The notes under the pieces: model-generated
Databases searched by the model: none
Told to the model about the DNA's origin: nothing
What the model saw: the letters and a program-made list of their open reading frames with translations, nothing else
Made by a program: the position numbers and the translations under genes
Assembly: GCA_965205465.1 (NCBI GenBank)
Contig: OZ242187.1
Location: 1,164,577-1,228,576 of the forward strand
Source of the DNA: Candidatus Aldehydirespiratoraceae bacterium
Lineage (GTDB): Bacteria; Actinomycetota; Acidimicrobiia; Acidimicrobiales; Aldehydirespiratoraceae
DNA length: 64,000 bases
Reading direction: 5' to 3'
In this document: positions 20,281-30,132 of the stretch, in pieces
Numbering within the stretch: the stretch's first letter is position 1
Layout of the letters: every line of letters begins with the position of its first letter

Positions 20281-21465
20281 ATGAGCACACCAGAAGTCGT
20301 AATCGTCGACGCCGTCCGCAGCCCAATCGGCAAACGGAACGGTGAACTGTCCACCATGCACAGCATCAACTTGCTAGGCGATGTACAAAAGGCGATCTTT
20401 GAGCGCACCGGGATGGACCCGGCCGCAGTTGGCCAAGTTGTTGGAGGATGCGTCGGCCAGGTCGGTATGCAAGCCATGAATACGGCTCGCAACGCCTGGC
20501 TCGCTGCCGGGCTGCCGCTTTCGGTGGCTGCGACCACAGTCGACGCTCAGTGTGGTTCGAGCCAGCAGGCAACCAACCTCGCTTATTCACTCGTGAAGTC
20601 TGGGGTTGTCGAGGTGGCACTGAGCTGTGGAATCGAGTTGATGAGCCAGATCAAGATGGGCTCGACCATTCCCGATCCCGCTACTACCGGCGTACCGGTC
20701 AACTCCCGCTATTGGAAAAGCTACGAGTGGACCTCACAGTTCGAAGGGGCCGAACGTATCGCTGACAAGTGGGACCTCACCCGGACCGAAGCCGACGAAT
20801 TCGGTCTACGAAGCCAGCAACTAGCAGCTGAAGCCTGGGAAGAAGACGCTTTCGGGTCGCAAATCGTTCCCGTCGAAGTCCCGGTCCTTTCCGAGGACGG
20901 CAAACCCAACGGCGAACACAACTCAGTAACCAAAGACGGAGGTCTGCGCGAGACCACCCTGGAGGCCCTCGCCAACCTGAAACCGGTTGCTCGTGACGAC
21001 GGGATACACACCGCCGGCTCGTCAAGCCAGATCAGCGATGGTGCTGGCGCGGTTTTGATGATGACCCGCGAAAAGGCCGACGAACTCGGCCTGAAACCCC
21101 TAGCAAGGATCGTCGACACCTGTCTCGTCGGCACCGATCCGGTGCTGATGCTGACCGGGCCCATCGATGCCACCCAAAAGCTTCTCGCCGATAACAACCT
21201 CACTATCGACGACATCGGTCTCGTCGAGATCAACGAGGCCTTCGCCTCGGTCGTGTTGGCTTGGGAACGGGAGCTGTCGCCCGACATGAGCACCGTCAAT
21301 CCCAACGGTGGGGCCATTGCTCTTGGTCACCCCCTAGGGGGAACCGGGTCTATCTTGATGACCAAAGCGGTGCACGAGATGCAACGCAGCGACATTGAGT
21401 ACGGCATCGTCACCATGTGTTGCGGCGGTGGTCTAGGAACCGGAACCCTGCTCCAGAAGACTTAG
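20281..21465 (+). CDS. Thiolase (acetyl-CoA C-acyltransferase)
   Basis: VIVDAVRSPIGKRNG N-terminus, active-site QCGSSQQA, and C-terminal NPNGGAIALGHPLG and CCGGG motifs. Confidence 0.92.
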   Translation: MSTPEVVIVDAVRSPIGKRNGELSTMHSINLLGDVQKAIFERTGMDPAAVGQVVGGCVGQVGMQAMNTARNAWLAAGLPLSVAATTVDAQCGSSQQATNLAYSLVKSGVVEVALSCGIELMSQIKMGSTIPDPATTGVPVNSRYWKSYEWTSQFEGAERIADKWDLTRTEADEFGLRSQQLAAEAWEEDAFGSQIVPVEVPVLSEDGKPNGEHNSVTKDGGLRETTLEALANLKPVARDDGIHTAGSSSQISDGAGAVLMMTREKADELGLKPLARIVDTCLVGTDPVLMLTGPIDATQKLLADNNLTIDDIGLVEINEAFASVVLAWERELSPDMSTVNPNGGAIALGHPLGGTGSILMTKAVHEMQRSDIEYGIVTMCCGGGLGTGTLLQKT

Positions 21466-21634
21466 CCGGCTCTTGGGGCGGCTCCTGGGGCGGCTCTTAG
21501 CCGGCTCTTGGGGCGGCTCCTGGGGCGGCTCTTAGGGCGGCTCTTGGGGCGGCTCTTGGGGCGGCTCTTAGGGCGGCTCTTGGGGCGGCTCTTGGGGCGG
21601 CTCTTAGGGCGGCTCTTGGGGCGGCTCTTCAGCC
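21461..21634. repeat. G-rich minisatellite: ~13.5 copies of a 12-mer (ggctcttggggc) with a 36-bp super-period, exactly filling the gap between two convergent stop codons
   Basis: Read directly. There are nine GGGG runs and three TTAGGG variants on the + strand. The thiolase TAG (21463-21465) and the minus-strand TGA (21629-21631) both lie inside repeat-like units. Confidence 0.95.
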
Positions 21635-22174
21635 TTGCGCCCAGAACTCTTGCCAGTGTTCGCCGTCGTAGGGAATCGAACCTAGGCCAATCTGCTTGTC
21701 TGGCCAGTTGGCCGGCGCTTGCACCAACGGGTTGGGTTCATCGTGTCGCCAGCCAAGCCACAGTAGATGGCGCCGGCGCGTGAACTTCCAAACTCCATCG
21801 ACACGTATGTAACGGTCTTCGTACTTGATCAGCTGCTGAATGAAGCCCTCGTCAGCATCGTCGATGAATCCATGAGCCCAAACCGTGCCCCGTGCAGTTG
21901 GTGTGCCGCTGTCGGAAGGATCGTCGCTGTCGGTTTTTTCGTCAAACTCGATCAAGTGATTCGCGACTAGCAGCACGGCCATGCCGATCTGGCTGAGCGA
22001 TTCAGCAAAAAACGCTCGTGCTCCGCCGGCACCCTCGCCGTACTGCCCAAAACGCGCGTCTGGGCGGTACAGCGAAACCAACAATTCGAGATCTCGACGG
22101 TCAACAGCGTCGGCATACGCGAAGGCCAGTTGCCGGATCTCGTCTCGCGCCACCGTCTGCTCAATGGCTGTCAT
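21629..22174 (-). CDS. SnoaL-like / NTF2-fold protein
   Basis: ARDEIRQLAFAYADAVDRRDLELLVSLY is typical of SnoaL_4 domains. The internal ATG at 22174 avoids overlap with the upstream gene. Confidence 0.65.
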   Translation of the reverse strand: MTAIEQTVARDEIRQLAFAYADAVDRRDLELLVSLYRPDARFGQYGEGAGGARAFFAESLSQIGMAVLLVANHLIEFDEKTDSDDPSDSGTPTARGTVWAHGFIDDADEGFIQQLIKYEDRYIRVDGVWKFTRRRHLLWLGWRHDEPNPLVQAPANWPDKQIGLGSIPYDGEHWQEFWAQG

Positions 22175-22185
22175 TTCATCAGCCA

Positions 22186-22641
22186 CTAAGACCCTCCCTC
22201 CGCTTCTGAGACAACGACAACGTGGTCGAGGAAACGGTCGATCGTGGCTACCGCAAACTCCAAGAATACCGCCCCTTGTGGGGTCGGCTCCGGATCGACG
22301 ACTACCCCCCAACAAAGGTGGCACTCGGGTCCGTCATCACGCAGCACAAACGTGGCGTGGTACAAGTCAAGGCCCGTGGGCCCGGTCACCGAATAGGCGC
22401 GCCGCCACGGTGGTTCGAACGACAACACCGTTTCCACCAATAGCTCGTCTGAACCAAGCAGTTCCTGCTGACCCGGCAGTTTCAGATGCAGTACCGCTCC
22501 CGGACCATGCGGTGCTGGATCACCCTCGGTGACATAACCGCCGGTCAGCTTCTCGATCAGGTCATTCAAGACCTTCCAAGTGTGTTCGCGGGGCGCGTTG
22601 ACATGCCTCTCAAGCGAACGAGACTGGTGCTTTTTGTTCAT
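22186..22641 (-). CDS. SRPBCC (START/polyketide-cyclase-like) family protein
   Basis: 151 aa. The N-terminal pattern ...ERHVNAPREHTWKVLND... is typical of SRPBCC ligand-binding proteins. Confidence 0.55.
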   Translation of the reverse strand: MNKKHQSRSLERHVNAPREHTWKVLNDLIEKLTGGYVTEGDPAPHGPGAVLHLKLPGQQELLGSDELLVETVLSFEPPWRRAYSVTGPTGLDLYHATFVLRDDGPECHLCWGVVVDPEPTPQGAVFLEFAVATIDRFLDHVVVVSEAEGGS

Positions 22642-22644
22642 GAA

Positions 22645-23400
22645 TCAATACCTCAGAGACGACATAGCATCCACAATCGTGTCACGTAGATCCGGTTGAC
22701 AGACAATGAGACCAGGCGACCATGGGTCGGCCTTGTTGAACCAAAGCTCACTGCCATCAAGCCGACAAGCAACCAGACCCGCAGCCTCTGCCACCGCGGC
22801 TGGAGCGCACACATCCCATTCGTAGAGTCCACCACCATGCACATAAGCATCGACTTCACCGCGCACCACCGCCATCGCTTTCACCCCCGCTGAACCCACA
22901 GCCAATATTTCCGCGCCGAGCGCTCGTTGCAACACACGGCCATCAATGTGACGACGCGAGCGAGAGACCAAGACCCGAGGTTGATCTCCGACACGCGACA
23001 TGATCGGCACCGGCGTCGGTTCGGTTGCCCAGGTTGTGTTCCATCCCGGTACCGCCACGGCTCCCGCTGTAGGTCTGCCTGCTTCGACTAGCGCCACATG
23101 CACCGACCAGTGGGCGCTCCATCCGAAATCACTGGAGCCGTCCAGCGGGTCGACAATCCAAACCCGATCAGCGGACAGGCGAGAACTCAGATCGCGTCCC
23201 TCTTCGGAGAGGATCGCATCATTCGGGCGATGCTCGGCCAGTTCTTTGACGATGAAATTATGTGCAGCCCGATCGGCCTCGTACTCAAACGATCTCCAGC
23301 CTCGCTGTGCATGTCCTGATTTGTCGAGCATCCGCTCCAGAAGCTCACCGGTCTCAGAGGCGACACGAAACGCCAAGGCGTGATCAGACGAATCAGCCAT
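22645..23400 (-). CDS. Inositol monophosphatase family / 3'(2'),5'-bisphosphate nucleotidase (CysQ-like)
   Basis: Metal-binding motifs LSEE, WIVDPLDGSSDF and WDVCA. Confidence 0.82.
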   Translation of the reverse strand: MADSSDHALAFRVASETGELLERMLDKSGHAQRGWRSFEYEADRAAHNFIVKELAEHRPNDAILSEEGRDLSSRLSADRVWIVDPLDGSSDFGWSAHWSVHVALVEAGRPTAGAVAVPGWNTTWATEPTPVPIMSRVGDQPRVLVSRSRRHIDGRVLQRALGAEILAVGSAGVKAMAVVRGEVDAYVHGGGLYEWDVCAPAAVAEAAGLVACRLDGSELWFNKADPWSPGLIVCQPDLRDTIVDAMSSLRY

Positions 23401-23409
23401 TCAACCCAC

Positions 23410-24249
23410 TCAGATCTCCCAGTTCGCGACGCGACCACACGCGGCAATCTGTTGGGCACGGGCAACGATCTGCTCTCCGTATTGAGGATGAGGGAGGATA
23501 TAAAATCTCTCTTCCACGATCGCTTCGAACACCCGCTGTGCGACCTCGCTGGGCGGCATCCCCGAAGCAAGCAGGTCTCGCACTGCGGAGCGCCTGAACT
23601 CGCTCTCTTCGGTCGGCTCCTCCAACGACACCAGGTGTTCAGGGATGTTGCGATCCGAATCCGCGATGCGGGTGCGCACAAATCCGGGACACAACACCGA
23701 GACTCGCAGGTTGGTGGTCTCTCGGGTTTCAAGTGAGAGCACCTCGCTCATTGCAACAACACCGTACTTTGCCACCGTGTACGCCCCCATTGACGGCGTC
23801 GGAAGCAGACCGGCCATTGAAGCTGTATTCACTATGGCGCACGGCTCTTGATGCGCGACCATGGCCGGGCCGAAGGCCTTGATTCCATAGATCACTCCCA
23901 TCAGATCAACACCGAGCACCCAGTCCCAGACCCCGATGTCGTCCGGTTCGAGGATCGGCGCTCCACCCGCGACTCCGGCGTTGTTGAACAGGATGTGGAC
24001 ATCTCCGAAGTGTTCGTTGGCAGCCGCGGCGAGGGCCTTGACTGAATCATTGTCGGCAACATCGGTTCGCACGCCCAACACGCTCGCGCCGTCAGCTTCC
24101 AATCCCGCCACCGCGGAATCGAGCGCCGACTGTTCGATGTCGGCAATGACCAGGTTCATGCCCTCGACCGCTAATCGTGTAGCCACCCCATGACCGATGC
24201 CGCTGGCGCCACCGGTTATCACCGCAGTCTTTCCACTGAATTCGCGCAT
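23410..24249 (-). CDS. Short-chain dehydrogenase/reductase (SDR)
   Basis: TGGASGIGHG cofactor motif, NNAG and YTVAKYG catalytic motifs. Confidence 0.9.
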   Translation of the reverse strand: MREFSGKTAVITGGASGIGHGVATRLAVEGMNLVIADIEQSALDSAVAGLEADGASVLGVRTDVADNDSVKALAAAANEHFGDVHILFNNAGVAGGAPILEPDDIGVWDWVLGVDLMGVIYGIKAFGPAMVAHQEPCAIVNTASMAGLLPTPSMGAYTVAKYGVVAMSEVLSLETRETTNLRVSVLCPGFVRTRIADSDRNIPEHLVSLEEPTEESEFRRSAVRDLLASGMPPSEVAQRVFEAIVEERFYILPHPQYGEQIVARAQQIAACGRVANWEI

Positions 24250-24313
24250 TGGTTGATCCTTACAGCTAATTCCGCATGTGCGGAAGTCAAGTCGTTGTAG
24301 AACTCCGCTGATC

Positions 24314-24910
24314 TCAGCCGGACGGGGCCTCGAGCCGGTGCAGCGACACCGCGTAGTTCCCGTCGCGGTACTGATCCTGCTCCCAAGTCGCCCAACGCCG
24401 GTGGAGTCTCAGTCCTGTTGCGGCGGCGTGACGGTCGTAGTCCGCAAGACTGAGCCGCCCGAGCTGAAAACCGGCCAACACGAGCCCTCCTGGCTCAAGA
24501 TGACGGGCCATGTTGGTCAACACTGTGGCTTCGGTGCCCGGTTCCACAAAGATCATCACGTTGCCGGCCATGACGATCAGGTCGAACCGTCGATTCAAGT
24601 CCAGCAGGCACAGATCATCTTGAAACCAGCAGAGCCCGGGTGCCTTTGATTCGGCTTCGGCAAGCATGTCTGGATCCAGGTCCACCCCGACAACAGATAT
24701 TCCCCGCCGGTCAAGCTCAATGGCGACGCGACCTGTGCCACACCCCGCGTCGAGCACTGAAGCCTCCGGACCGAATCCGTATGACTCGAGCAGCGCACAA
24801 ACCAGGTCGGCTTCCCCGTGAATGGACTGACCGGCGGCTTCCAATGCGGCCCACCTACTGTCGTAGTCGGCACCGGGTTGGACATCGGTGCGGCGACTCC
24901 ATCTACTCAT
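24314..24910 (-). CDS. Class I SAM-dependent methyltransferase
   Basis: VLDAGCGTGRVAIEL motif I. Start chosen at MSRWSRRTD. Confidence 0.82.
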   Translation of the reverse strand: MSRWSRRTDVQPGADYDSRWAALEAAGQSIHGEADLVCALLESYGFGPEASVLDAGCGTGRVAIELDRRGISVVGVDLDPDMLAEAESKAPGLCWFQDDLCLLDLNRRFDLIVMAGNVMIFVEPGTEATVLTNMARHLEPGGLVLAGFQLGRLSLADYDRHAAATGLRLHRRWATWEQDQYRDGNYAVSLHRLEAPSG

Positions 24911-24993
24911 GCGGTACCTCTCCTGATCGCTGACGAACCATACAGTCCGGCCCCACACAGCACACTTGCGGGACCGCGAAAGCCATATCGGGC

Positions 24994-27480
24994 TTGAGCG
25001 CTAGAGTCACCGGTGTGAGCGGAAGCGCTTCCCATACTCCCGGCGCGCGAGCGTCCACACAGGCCATTGAGAACTACCGATTTCGCCAACGGCTGATACC
25101 CGTATCCCTGCTCCTCGGAGTCTCGCTCACGTTGGCATCGGTATTCTTATTCGCGTCGGCGAGTTCAGCGCAGGATCCAGTCACGAACCGGATTGAATGC
25201 AGCGACGCCACCGATGATTTCGTGCTGTTGTGCCTCGCCTTCGAGGCAGTGGTCAACAATTTTGTGGATGGCGTAGTTGTAGTGGACTTGGCAGACGCCG
25301 CCAAACAAGGCGTGATAGACGCCAACCTTGCTGAGCGAACGACTGATACGCCGCCCTGTGCATTACCAGCGCCCGAGTTTGAGGACATGTGCGCCGAGAT
25401 CGACAAGGCGGAAGACACCACCGCTGCCGCGGTCGCCGCGACCGATGCGATGTTGGCATCGCTCAACGAGGCGCGGACCCGTCGTTTGACGCCGGCCCAG
25501 CACCGTTCATTCGACGACATCCTGAGTCCTGAAATCACCAGAATCGGAATCGGTATCGAGTTTGCGTTGCTGGACACTGACGGGAATCCCTGCACAACCC
25601 CGAGCGATACCTGCCGCCTGCTAATTCTGGAGGTCTATTCACCGAGTCCCGCAGAAACAGCCGGTTTGATGGTCGGTGATGTAATCGTCGCGTACGGCAA
25701 AGTAGTTGCGGACAACCCCTGCAGGGATCTACGAAGTCTGGACTACGGCCACGACCTTGGAGACACCGTGTCGGTGTCGATACTTCGCAATGGCACAGCC
25801 ATGGATTTTGACTTGGTGACCGCAGAAGTCATCGATCCAGTGGTATTCAGTCAGATTGTCGACGGCAACGTCGGTTACATCCAACTTGACATTTTCGCGA
25901 CCGGTTCTCCGGAGACGTTTCTGGCGCACTTGACTAGTCTGATCGATGCGGGAGCCAAGGCGATCGTGGTGGATCTTCGAAACAACCCGGGCGGTTACCT
26001 CACTGAAACGAGCCTGATTTCCGCTGCTTTCCTCAATGATGGTGACCTTGTATATCGCATTGCCTCGGTTCACTCGGATCAATCCGCGAATTCAAGCGGG
26101 GATGGCATAGCTGCAGATGCGATCGCGTTTCCAATGGCGATAGCCGTCAATGGTCGTTCAGCCTCGGGTTCTGAGCTTTTTGCTTTGGCAATGCGCGGGA
26201 ACAGCCGAGCAAAGATCGTTGGCAGCACCACTTTCGGCAAGCACACGGGGCAGCAGACATTTGCCGCTGAGGCGTCAGATGGTACGTCGTTGGGTGCAAT
26301 ACAGGTGACATCGTTGAGATTCTTCGGGCCGGGCGACCTCAGCTCTGCGGGCGGAATCCAACCTGATTTCGTCGAATCAATATCGGACTGCGCACATCCC
26401 ATCGGTGTTGTACGTCAGTCAGTGCCGTCGCTGTATCCCCGAGTGTCGGAACTCTCCCTTACGTCTATGCCGGCCTCGGTTGCCTACAAGTCAGGCGAAA
26501 AAGTCACGGTGGCTGTCTCTTTTGATGCTCCGGTATCTGTTGATACGGCAAACGGAAAGCCATACCTTGAGTTGCAGGTGGGAACCGAAGTGCGTCAGGC
26601 CGTATATAAGTCGACATTGACGAGCAACGGTGTCAGCGTCGTTGATTTCGAATACACAGTGGCAAACGACACTGACGATGACGGCATCAGCATTGAGCAG
26701 GACTCGATCGTCGGTAACGGCGCGACCATACGCAGGCGTGGTGCTGGTTGGGACGCGATCCTCGACCATCCGCTGCTTGCCGCGGAGATCAACCGCGCCG
26801 TGACCGAACCCCTCATTATTGACCCCGTGATAATCGACCCGGTGACAGTGGAACCAGAACCCGAGCCAGAACCCGTCGAACCCGACCGCTATTTCAGTGA
26901 CATCTCTCACACATCCTTTATCGAAGCGATCAACTGGCTGGCTGAACAACAGATCACCCAAGGTTGCGGACAAGACACGTTCTGCCCGGATCTACCCGTC
27001 ACCCGCGGCCAAATGGCCGCCTTCTTGAGCCGAGCACTGCAACTACCCGCCGCCGACCAAGACTATTTCAACGACGACAACAACTCGACGTTCCAAGACT
27101 ACATCAACCGCCTCATACAAGCCGGAATCACCCAAGGTTGCGGACAAGACACATTCTGCCCAGATCTATCCGTCACCCGCGGCCAAATGGCCGCCTTCTT
27201 GAGCCGAGCACTGCAACTACCCGCGGCGGACCAGGACTATTTCAACGACGCAACAACTCGACGTTCCAAGACTACATCAACCGCCTCCGACAAGCCGGAA
27301 TCACCACGGGTTGCGGGCCAACTACTTTCTGTCCCGACGAGTCCGTCACCCGCGGCCAAATGGCCGCCTTTCTTTATAGAGCTCGTGACCTCATCGAGGC
27401 CGCCCGTCAACAAAACTTGTGAATCCAGCAGTCATCGACTTTCGTTCAAAACTGCCGCTCTCGGCCCTTTGCGTGGTTAG
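24994..27480 (+). CDS. Secreted S41 (tail-specific/C-terminal processing) peptidase with PDZ, an Ig-like domain and C-terminal SLH-like repeats; 3' end disturbed by a 1-nt frameshift (the intact frame would stop at 27422)
   Basis: PDZ (GLMVGDVIVAYG), S41 core (DLRNNPGGYL, NGRSASGSELFA, GSTTFGKHTGQ). Two intact copies of F.D...F...IN.L...GITQGCGQDTFCPD..VTRGQMAAFLSRAL. A third copy is readable only in the -1 frame (track ORF 26964-27422). The start codon is uncertain. Confidence 0.8.
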   Translation: MSARVTGVSGSASHTPGARASTQAIENYRFRQRLIPVSLLLGVSLTLASVFLFASASSAQDPVTNRIECSDATDDFVLLCLAFEAVVNNFVDGVVVVDLADAAKQGVIDANLAERTTDTPPCALPAPEFEDMCAEIDKAEDTTAAAVAATDAMLASLNEARTRRLTPAQHRSFDDILSPEITRIGIGIEFALLDTDGNPCTTPSDTCRLLILEVYSPSPAETAGLMVGDVIVAYGKVVADNPCRDLRSLDYGHDLGDTVSVSILRNGTAMDFDLVTAEVIDPVVFSQIVDGNVGYIQLDIFATGSPETFLAHLTSLIDAGAKAIVVDLRNNPGGYLTETSLISAAFLNDGDLVYRIASVHSDQSANSSGDGIAADAIAFPMAIAVNGRSASGSELFALAMRGNSRAKIVGSTTFGKHTGQQTFAAEASDGTSLGAIQVTSLRFFGPGDLSSAGGIQPDFVESISDCAHPIGVVRQSVPSLYPRVSELSLTSMPASVAYKSGEKVTVAVSFDAPVSVDTANGKPYLELQVGTEVRQAVYKSTLTSNGVSVVDFEYTVANDTDDDGISIEQDSIVGNGATIRRRGAGWDAILDHPLLAAEINRAVTEPLIIDPVIIDPVTVEPEPEPEPVEPDRYFSDISHTSFIEAINWLAEQQITQGCGQDTFCPDLPVTRGQMAAFLSRALQLPAADQDYFNDDNNSTFQDYINRLIQAGITQGCGQDTFCPDLSVTRGQMAAFLSRALQLPAADQDYFNDATTRRSKTTSTASDKPESPRVAGQLLSVPTSPSPAAKWPPFFIELVTSSRPPVNKTCESSSHRLSFKTAALGPLRG
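27246..27254 (+). other. Frameshift site: 'aacgacgcaacaactcg' versus 'aacgacgacaacaactcg' in the preceding repeat (one A missing)
   Basis: Direct comparison of repeat 2 (27066-27090) with repeat 3 (27241-27260). Confidence 0.85.
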
Positions 27481-27489
27481 CTCAGAGAT

Positions 27490-29070
27490 GTGAGCAGCCG
27501 ATTTCCCACACTGACGACGGGCGATCTCGTTGCTGGGATCTCGGTCGCGCTGGTGTTGTTGCCACAATCACTGGCCTACGCCGAGATCGCGGGCGTTCCG
27601 CCACATGTGGGTCTTTTTGCCGCAGCTTTGCCTCCTTTGCTGGCGGCGCCTTTTGTTTCCTCGCCGTATCTCCAAACGGGTCCAGTAGCGCTTACTTCGC
27701 TGCTGACCTTCGGTGCCCTTTCCGGCCTCGAAAGCGCTGGAACCGCGCCATATATCGAGCTTGCTGCGTTATTGGCGCTGATTGTAGGGGTTACTCGTGC
27801 GATCCTCGGTCTGCTGCGGGGGGGCATTGTCGCCTATGTCATGTCACAACCAGTGCTGACCGGTTTCACCGCTAGCGCAGCGATCTTGATCGTGGCGTCG
27901 CAAGTACCTTCAATGTTCGACGCAAATCCCGACACCGAGGGAGTTATCGAGCGGGCATTGTGGGTGCTGTTACGGCCAAACGAGTGGGACGCAACCGCGA
28001 TAGTGCTCAGCATCTCCACGGTTCTGGTGGTGCTGGGAGCACGCCGAGTTCACCAACTCTTCCCCGGCGTGTTGATAGCGGTCGTTGTGACCGTGTTGTG
28101 GAGTGAAGCCACCAACTACGGCGGGACCGTCGTTGGCGACCTTCCCGGAGGCTTCATAACCCTCAGTCTTGACCTTCCCTACAGTCAAACCCCATCGCTG
28201 CTCGTTGCCGGGATCGTCATCGCGCTGGTTGGGTTCGCAGAACCCGCATCCATCGCCCGAACCTTCGCTACCGCCGATCGCATCCCCTGGTCGGCAAATC
28301 GAGAGCTCTTGAGTCAAGGCGTCGCCAACATCGCATCGGGGATTTCGGGCGGCTTTCCCGTTGGCGGATCTTTCTCTCGCAGTTCGCTGAACCGCTTCGC
28401 TGGGGCGCAGACGCAGTGGTCAGGCGCCATCACAGGAGCTTTCGTGATGGCAGCTATCCCGTTGTCGGCAATGCTGGAGTCCTTGCCCACGGCGGTGTTG
28501 GGGGCGATCGTGTTGACCGCGGTTTATCACCTTATTGACGTGCCGGCCATGCTGTGGATCGTCCGTGGTTCGCGACTGCAGGGTCTCGTGGTCTTCGGCA
28601 CTTTCGCTGCGACGCTGATATCAGCGCCCAACGTTGAGCGCGGCGTCATTGCAGGAGTGGGTCTTGCGCTCATAGTCCATCTCATTCGCGAGCTTCGTGT
28701 CGACCACAGACACGAGGTTGAAGACGACACGCTGGTACTGCGTCCCTACGGCGTGATCTGGTTCGTTACTGCTCCGCATCTCGAAATAAGCTTCATCGCG
28801 GCCCGAGCCGAGCACCCCCAACTCCAGAATTTGCGCATCGACTTCGCCAACGTCGGGCGTGTCGACTACGGGGGTGCAGCAAAGTTGGCAGAGCTTGTGG
28901 ACGACGCTGTCGACGCTGGTCTCAACGTCGACATTGTCAACATTGCACCCCATGCGAAACGCTCCATGGCCGCTCACCTCGGCGGACGTCACGGAGTTCC
29001 CACACTTGACCAATTGGCCGACGACGAACGGCACCAATGGAGCCTCCGCCGCAAGCCACAGAGCCCATGA
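27490..29070 (+). CDS. SulP-family anion (sulfate) permease with C-terminal STAS domain
   Basis: The N-terminal DLVAGISVALVLLPQSLAYAEIAGVPP signature, about 10 hydrophobic segments and a STAS-like C-terminus. Confidence 0.9.
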   Translation: MSSRFPTLTTGDLVAGISVALVLLPQSLAYAEIAGVPPHVGLFAAALPPLLAAPFVSSPYLQTGPVALTSLLTFGALSGLESAGTAPYIELAALLALIVGVTRAILGLLRGGIVAYVMSQPVLTGFTASAAILIVASQVPSMFDANPDTEGVIERALWVLLRPNEWDATAIVLSISTVLVVLGARRVHQLFPGVLIAVVVTVLWSEATNYGGTVVGDLPGGFITLSLDLPYSQTPSLLVAGIVIALVGFAEPASIARTFATADRIPWSANRELLSQGVANIASGISGGFPVGGSFSRSSLNRFAGAQTQWSGAITGAFVMAAIPLSAMLESLPTAVLGAIVLTAVYHLIDVPAMLWIVRGSRLQGLVVFGTFAATLISAPNVERGVIAGVGLALIVHLIRELRVDHRHEVEDDTLVLRPYGVIWFVTAPHLEISFIAARAEHPQLQNLRIDFANVGRVDYGGAAKLAELVDDAVDAGLNVDIVNIAPHAKRSMAAHLGGRHGVPTLDQLADDERHQWSLRRKPQSP

Positions 29071-29121
29071 ACCACACTGCCCATGAACAGCAGCTGAAAC
29101 GATCCCGACCAGCGGTTCTAT

Positions 29122-30132
29122 TCAGCCCTTCACCAACTCCGCGATGACTCGCAGTTCCTCTGGGGTGCGGGCTGACACGTTGAGCATTGTGACCGGGCTC
29201 TCGTCCCATGCTTGAAGACGGTCGCGGATCCGATCGACCGAACCGACAAGCGAAATCTCATCAGCGAATTCGGTAGGGACCATGGCAATCGCCTCGTCAC
29301 GCTTCCCCTCGAAGAAAAGGTCCTGGATCTTGTAGGCCTCCTCCTCATATCCCATTCGCGCCATCAACTTGGTGTGGTAATTCTGCCCTTTGGCACCCAT
29401 CCCACCGATGTAGAACCCTAGCGAAGCCTTGGTGGGATACAGCGCCTCTTGGACATCGTCGTGGACGCGCACCGAGACATTGACTGCGATCTCGAAATCA
29501 GGCCTCGCCAGGGCCAACTCGCTGGCGTAGACCTCGGGTCGAAACGGCGAGTAATACAACGGAATCCAACCGTCAGCGATTTCGACTGTTTGGGCAATGT
29601 TCTTTGGTCCTTCGGCGCCGATCCAGATGGGGATCTCACGCAACGGGTGGGTCATCACCTTCAACGGCTTTCCTAATCCCTCCGAACCGTCACCCTGGTA
29701 GGGCATCTGAAAATGATCCCCTTGGAACTCCATCGCGCCCTCACGACGAAACACCTGGCGCAAAATCTCCACATACTCGCGAGTTCGGGCGAGGGGCTTG
29801 CGCGAGGGCATGCCGTACCAGCCTTCGACGACTTGGGGGCCAGACACGCCGAGACCCAAAATCGTGCGTCCGTTGGAAATGTGATCGAGGGTTATGGCAT
29901 GCATGGCAGTCGCTGTTGGCGTGCGAGCCGAGAGTTGCACGACACCGGTTCCGAGCTTGATGCGCTCGGTGTGAGCCGCTATCAGCACAAGGGGGCTGAA
30001 TGCATCCGAACCCCACGACTCAGCGGACCAAACAGCGTCGAATCCAAGCTTTTCGGCTTCCACGCTCAACTCCACCAAGTTGTCGGGCATCCCCCGACCC
30101 CAGTAACCCCAGATTAATCCCAGATCCAACAC
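29122..30132 (-). CDS. Luciferase-like monooxygenase (LLM class, probably F420-dependent oxidoreductase)
   Basis: AEKLGFDAVWSAESWGSDAFS and GRTILGLGVSGPQVVEGWYG motifs. GTG start preceded by GAGGAGGA. Confidence 0.85.
   Translation of the reverse strand: MLDLGLIWGYWGRGMPDNLVELSVEAEKLGFDAVWSAESWGSDAFSPLVLIAAHTERIKLGTGVVQLSARTPTATAMHAITLDHISNGRTILGLGVSGPQVVEGWYGMPSRKPLARTREYVEILRQVFRREGAMEFQGDHFQMPYQGDGSEGLGKPLKVMTHPLREIPIWIGAEGPKNIAQTVEIADGWIPLYYSPFRPEVYASELALARPDFEIAVNVSVRVHDDVQEALYPTKASLGFYIGGMGAKGQNYHTKLMARMGYEEEAYKIQDLFFEGKRDEAIAMVPTEFADEISLVGSVDRIRDRLQAWDESPVTMLNVSARTPEELRVIAELVKG

Noticed and set aside
21508-21783. Track ORF encoding (GRLL)n, 91 aa
   Set aside because: It is simply the translation of the 12-bp intergenic minisatellite and runs antisense into the SnoaL-like gene. 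It has no RBS and no protein-like composition.
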